A stretch of 64,000 nucleotides of DNA from Nitrospirota bacterium (GTDB lineage: Bacteria > Nitrospirota > UBA9217). The notes under the pieces were generated by a model. The model was given only the letters and a program-made list of their open reading frames with translations, searched no databases and had not been told where the DNA came from. The stretch is taken from NCBI GenBank assembly GCA_963737155.1, contig CAVTRN010000001.1:1632001-1696000 (forward strand), in the 5' to 3' direction. This document shows positions 62,228 to 64,000 of the stretch, piece by piece (position 1 is the stretch's first letter; every line of letters starts with the position of its first letter). The translations under genes and the position numbers were made by a program.

Positions 62228-63547
62228 CTACGCTTTAATTTTTGCCAGTCTGAAAAAATCTACGAGAAATAGCGTCACGCCGATTGCAAAGCCCCATGCC
62301 GAAACCCAGAATACGGCATACCATAATTTCATATACCCTTGCGTCGTGAGGAAATCCATGCCCATCACTCTCTGGAAGTAAACCTGCACGATGCCTGCAA
62401 CTGCAAGAGACAAAGCCATGAGACCCATGAATGAGCACATGAACCAGAAAGCTTTGATGCCGAGCGACTGTTTGAAATTCGGCAGACCTTTCAACTGCGG
62501 CATAGCAAAATAGAACATCGTGAGGTTTAACATGGCATAGGCACCGAAGAATGCGAAATGTCCATGCGATGCTGTTATCTGCGTGCCGTGGGTCCACCGG
62601 TTAATTTGGGGCAACGTGTGGGCAAAACCCCATACCCCGGCACCGAAGAAGTGCATGACCGCGCAGCCAACGGCCCAATAGAGGGCCACCCTGTTCGGAA
62701 TCTCTGTTTTCCGCTCCCGCACTACGCGAAGGGTATCGACTACCATGAAGAGGATCGGAAGCGGTTCAAGTGCGCTGAAGATGCCACCCCACCAGAGCCA
62801 GTAGTTCGGCGTTCCAATCCAGTAGTAATGATGCCCTGTACCCACAATGCCGGTGAACAAAACAAATCCCACCTCGATATAGAGCCATTTCTCGACGAGC
62901 TGTCGATCAACGCCCGTCAGCTTCATAAGCATGAAAGCCATGATGGCGCCGGTAATGAGCTCCCAAGCTCCTTCTACCCAGAGGTGGATCACCCACCACC
63001 ACCAGAAGTACTGGTCCGAAAGGTTCTTCATGAAAAATACGCCGAAGAGAAACATACCCGCAAGCATGACTAATCCGCCCAAAAGCACGCCCTGGATCAC
63101 AGTCCATTTCTTAGTCTTCATCATGGTCATGAAAATGTTGAAGAGGAAAATCAGCGCCACGATGACAATTCCGAACTTCAGTACCGTGGGTTGCTCCAGA
63201 AACGGCATGCCCCATGTCCAGCCGAGCAGATAGCCCACGATTGCCGTGACGCCGATTAGCGCGAACAGCACAAGCTGGAAATTCGCGAGTTTTTTGCTGT
63301 AGAGCTCGGTCTGCGCCTCTTCCGGAATGATGTAGTACGTGCCGCCCATGAAACCGAAGAGAAGCCAGACCACGAGTAGGTTGATATGGATTGCCCGCGC
63401 GGTGTTAAAGGGAACGATGTTGATGAGCGGGTCAAAATCCCACACGTATTTGGCGCCTGTGATCAGACCAAAGACAATTTGGAGCCCGAACAAGACCGCT
63501 GCAATCATAAAATAATTTAGAGCAATCTTTTGCGATTCGTATTTCAT
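62228..63547 (-). CDS. norB: Cytochrome c-dependent nitric oxide reductase large subunit
   Basis: RAIHINLL, WWVIHLWVEGAWE, GTGHHYYW, SALEPLP, SHGHFAFFGAY. Confidence 0.93.
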   Translation of the reverse strand: MKYESQKIALNYFMIAAVLFGLQIVFGLITGAKYVWDFDPLINIVPFNTARAIHINLLVVWLLFGFMGGTYYIIPEEAQTELYSKKLANFQLVLFALIGVTAIVGYLLGWTWGMPFLEQPTVLKFGIVIVALIFLFNIFMTMMKTKKWTVIQGVLLGGLVMLAGMFLFGVFFMKNLSDQYFWWWWVIHLWVEGAWELITGAIMAFMLMKLTGVDRQLVEKWLYIEVGFVLFTGIVGTGHHYYWIGTPNYWLWWGGIFSALEPLPILFMVVDTLRVVRERKTEIPNRVALYWAVGCAVMHFFGAGVWGFAHTLPQINRWTHGTQITASHGHFAFFGAYAMLNLTMFYFAMPQLKGLPNFKQSLGIKAFWFMCSFMGLMALSLAVAGIVQVYFQRVMGMDFLTTQGYMKLWYAVFWVSAWGFAIGVTLFLVDFFRLAKIKA

Positions 63548-63558
63548 TTCATGCCTCC

Positions 63559-64000
63559 TTAGCGCAGTCCTGCGAGATAGCCCGCGAGATCATCAATATC
63601 TTTCGGGGCAAGCTTCGAAAAATCCGGCATGATGGAATTGGGGTTATGTGATTTCGGGTCCCTGATCTGTGCCTCGATCCATGCATTGTCCCTTTTCCCA
63701 CCCTCTCTGGACAGGTCAGGCCCTACCTTACCACCCACGCCGTCCAACATGTGGCACGCGGAACATCCCTGCGCCTTGTAGACCGCTTCGCCCGGGCTGC
63801 CAGAGGTCACCGCCGTAGCGAGAAGGGGCTTTGGAGGCCAGTTGTTCGTATCGATCCCGTTCACCCACGTAAGGAAGGCAACTACATCGTCTACTTCCTG
63901 ATCCTGAAGGTGGAGGTTCGGCATCTTCCTGGCGTTTGGCCAAACTTTTTCAGGGTCTTTCAGAAATCTCTTGACCCACTCGGTATCGCGATAGCTCATT
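63559..64000 (-). CDS. norC: NorC-like cytochrome c subunit with an extra C-terminal heme-c domain (5' outside window)
   Basis: RKMPNLHL..IDTNNWPP (NorC end) followed by CSACH..VGPDLS..MP. Confidence 0.78.
   Translation of the reverse strand, partial: MSYRDTEWVKRFLKDPEKVWPNARKMPNLHLQDQEVDDVVAFLTWVNGIDTNNWPPKPLLATAVTSGSPGEAVYKAQGCSACHMLDGVGGKVGPDLSREGGKRDNAWIEAQIRDPKSHNPNSIMPDFSKLAPKDIDDLAGYLAGLR

Noticed and set aside
1-64000. CRISPR array, cas genes, integrase, prophage structural genes, kdpD/kdpE
   Set aside because: No regularly spaced repeats or matching ORFs were seen by eye.

Overview
Bacterial chromosome window, probably an anaerobic Gram-negative such as Nitrospirota or Desulfobacterota (inferred from gene style only). 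Bases 1-4.7 kb are a housekeeping operon (radical SAM, pgeF, yggS, proC, yggT, divIVA, yggU), followed by tmRNA (4748-5100). The tmRNA 3' end (CACCGCCTCCACCATTTAAG) recurs at ~46.57, ~55.10 and ~58.80 kb. These copies define three tandem islands (~41.5, ~8.5, ~3.7 kb) with attP-like arms but no integrase. Island 1 carries two IS1182 copies, an ISL3, a minimal SufBC pair, a rhodanese, an exported UGSC selenoprotein hidden by an in-frame TGA, an Xre-RES TA pair and a RelE-like/SF1 helicase/ankyrin protein. It also holds a K+/nitrogen block: two kdp operons with very long KdpC, a collapsed third kdp copy, divergent P-II, NtrC-like regulator, glnA and a GlnA'-decarboxylase chimera, with four copies of one promoter motif. 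Island 2 carries an ECF sigma module and tandem cobalamin riboswitches upstream of cbiM, a cbiN-like gene and a porin. Island 3 is mostly TA pairs and pseudogenes. Several degenerate integron attC-like sites occur in the islands. The window ends with an MDR oxidoreductase, an IS110 relic and norCB. All calls come from reading by eye; no searches were run.
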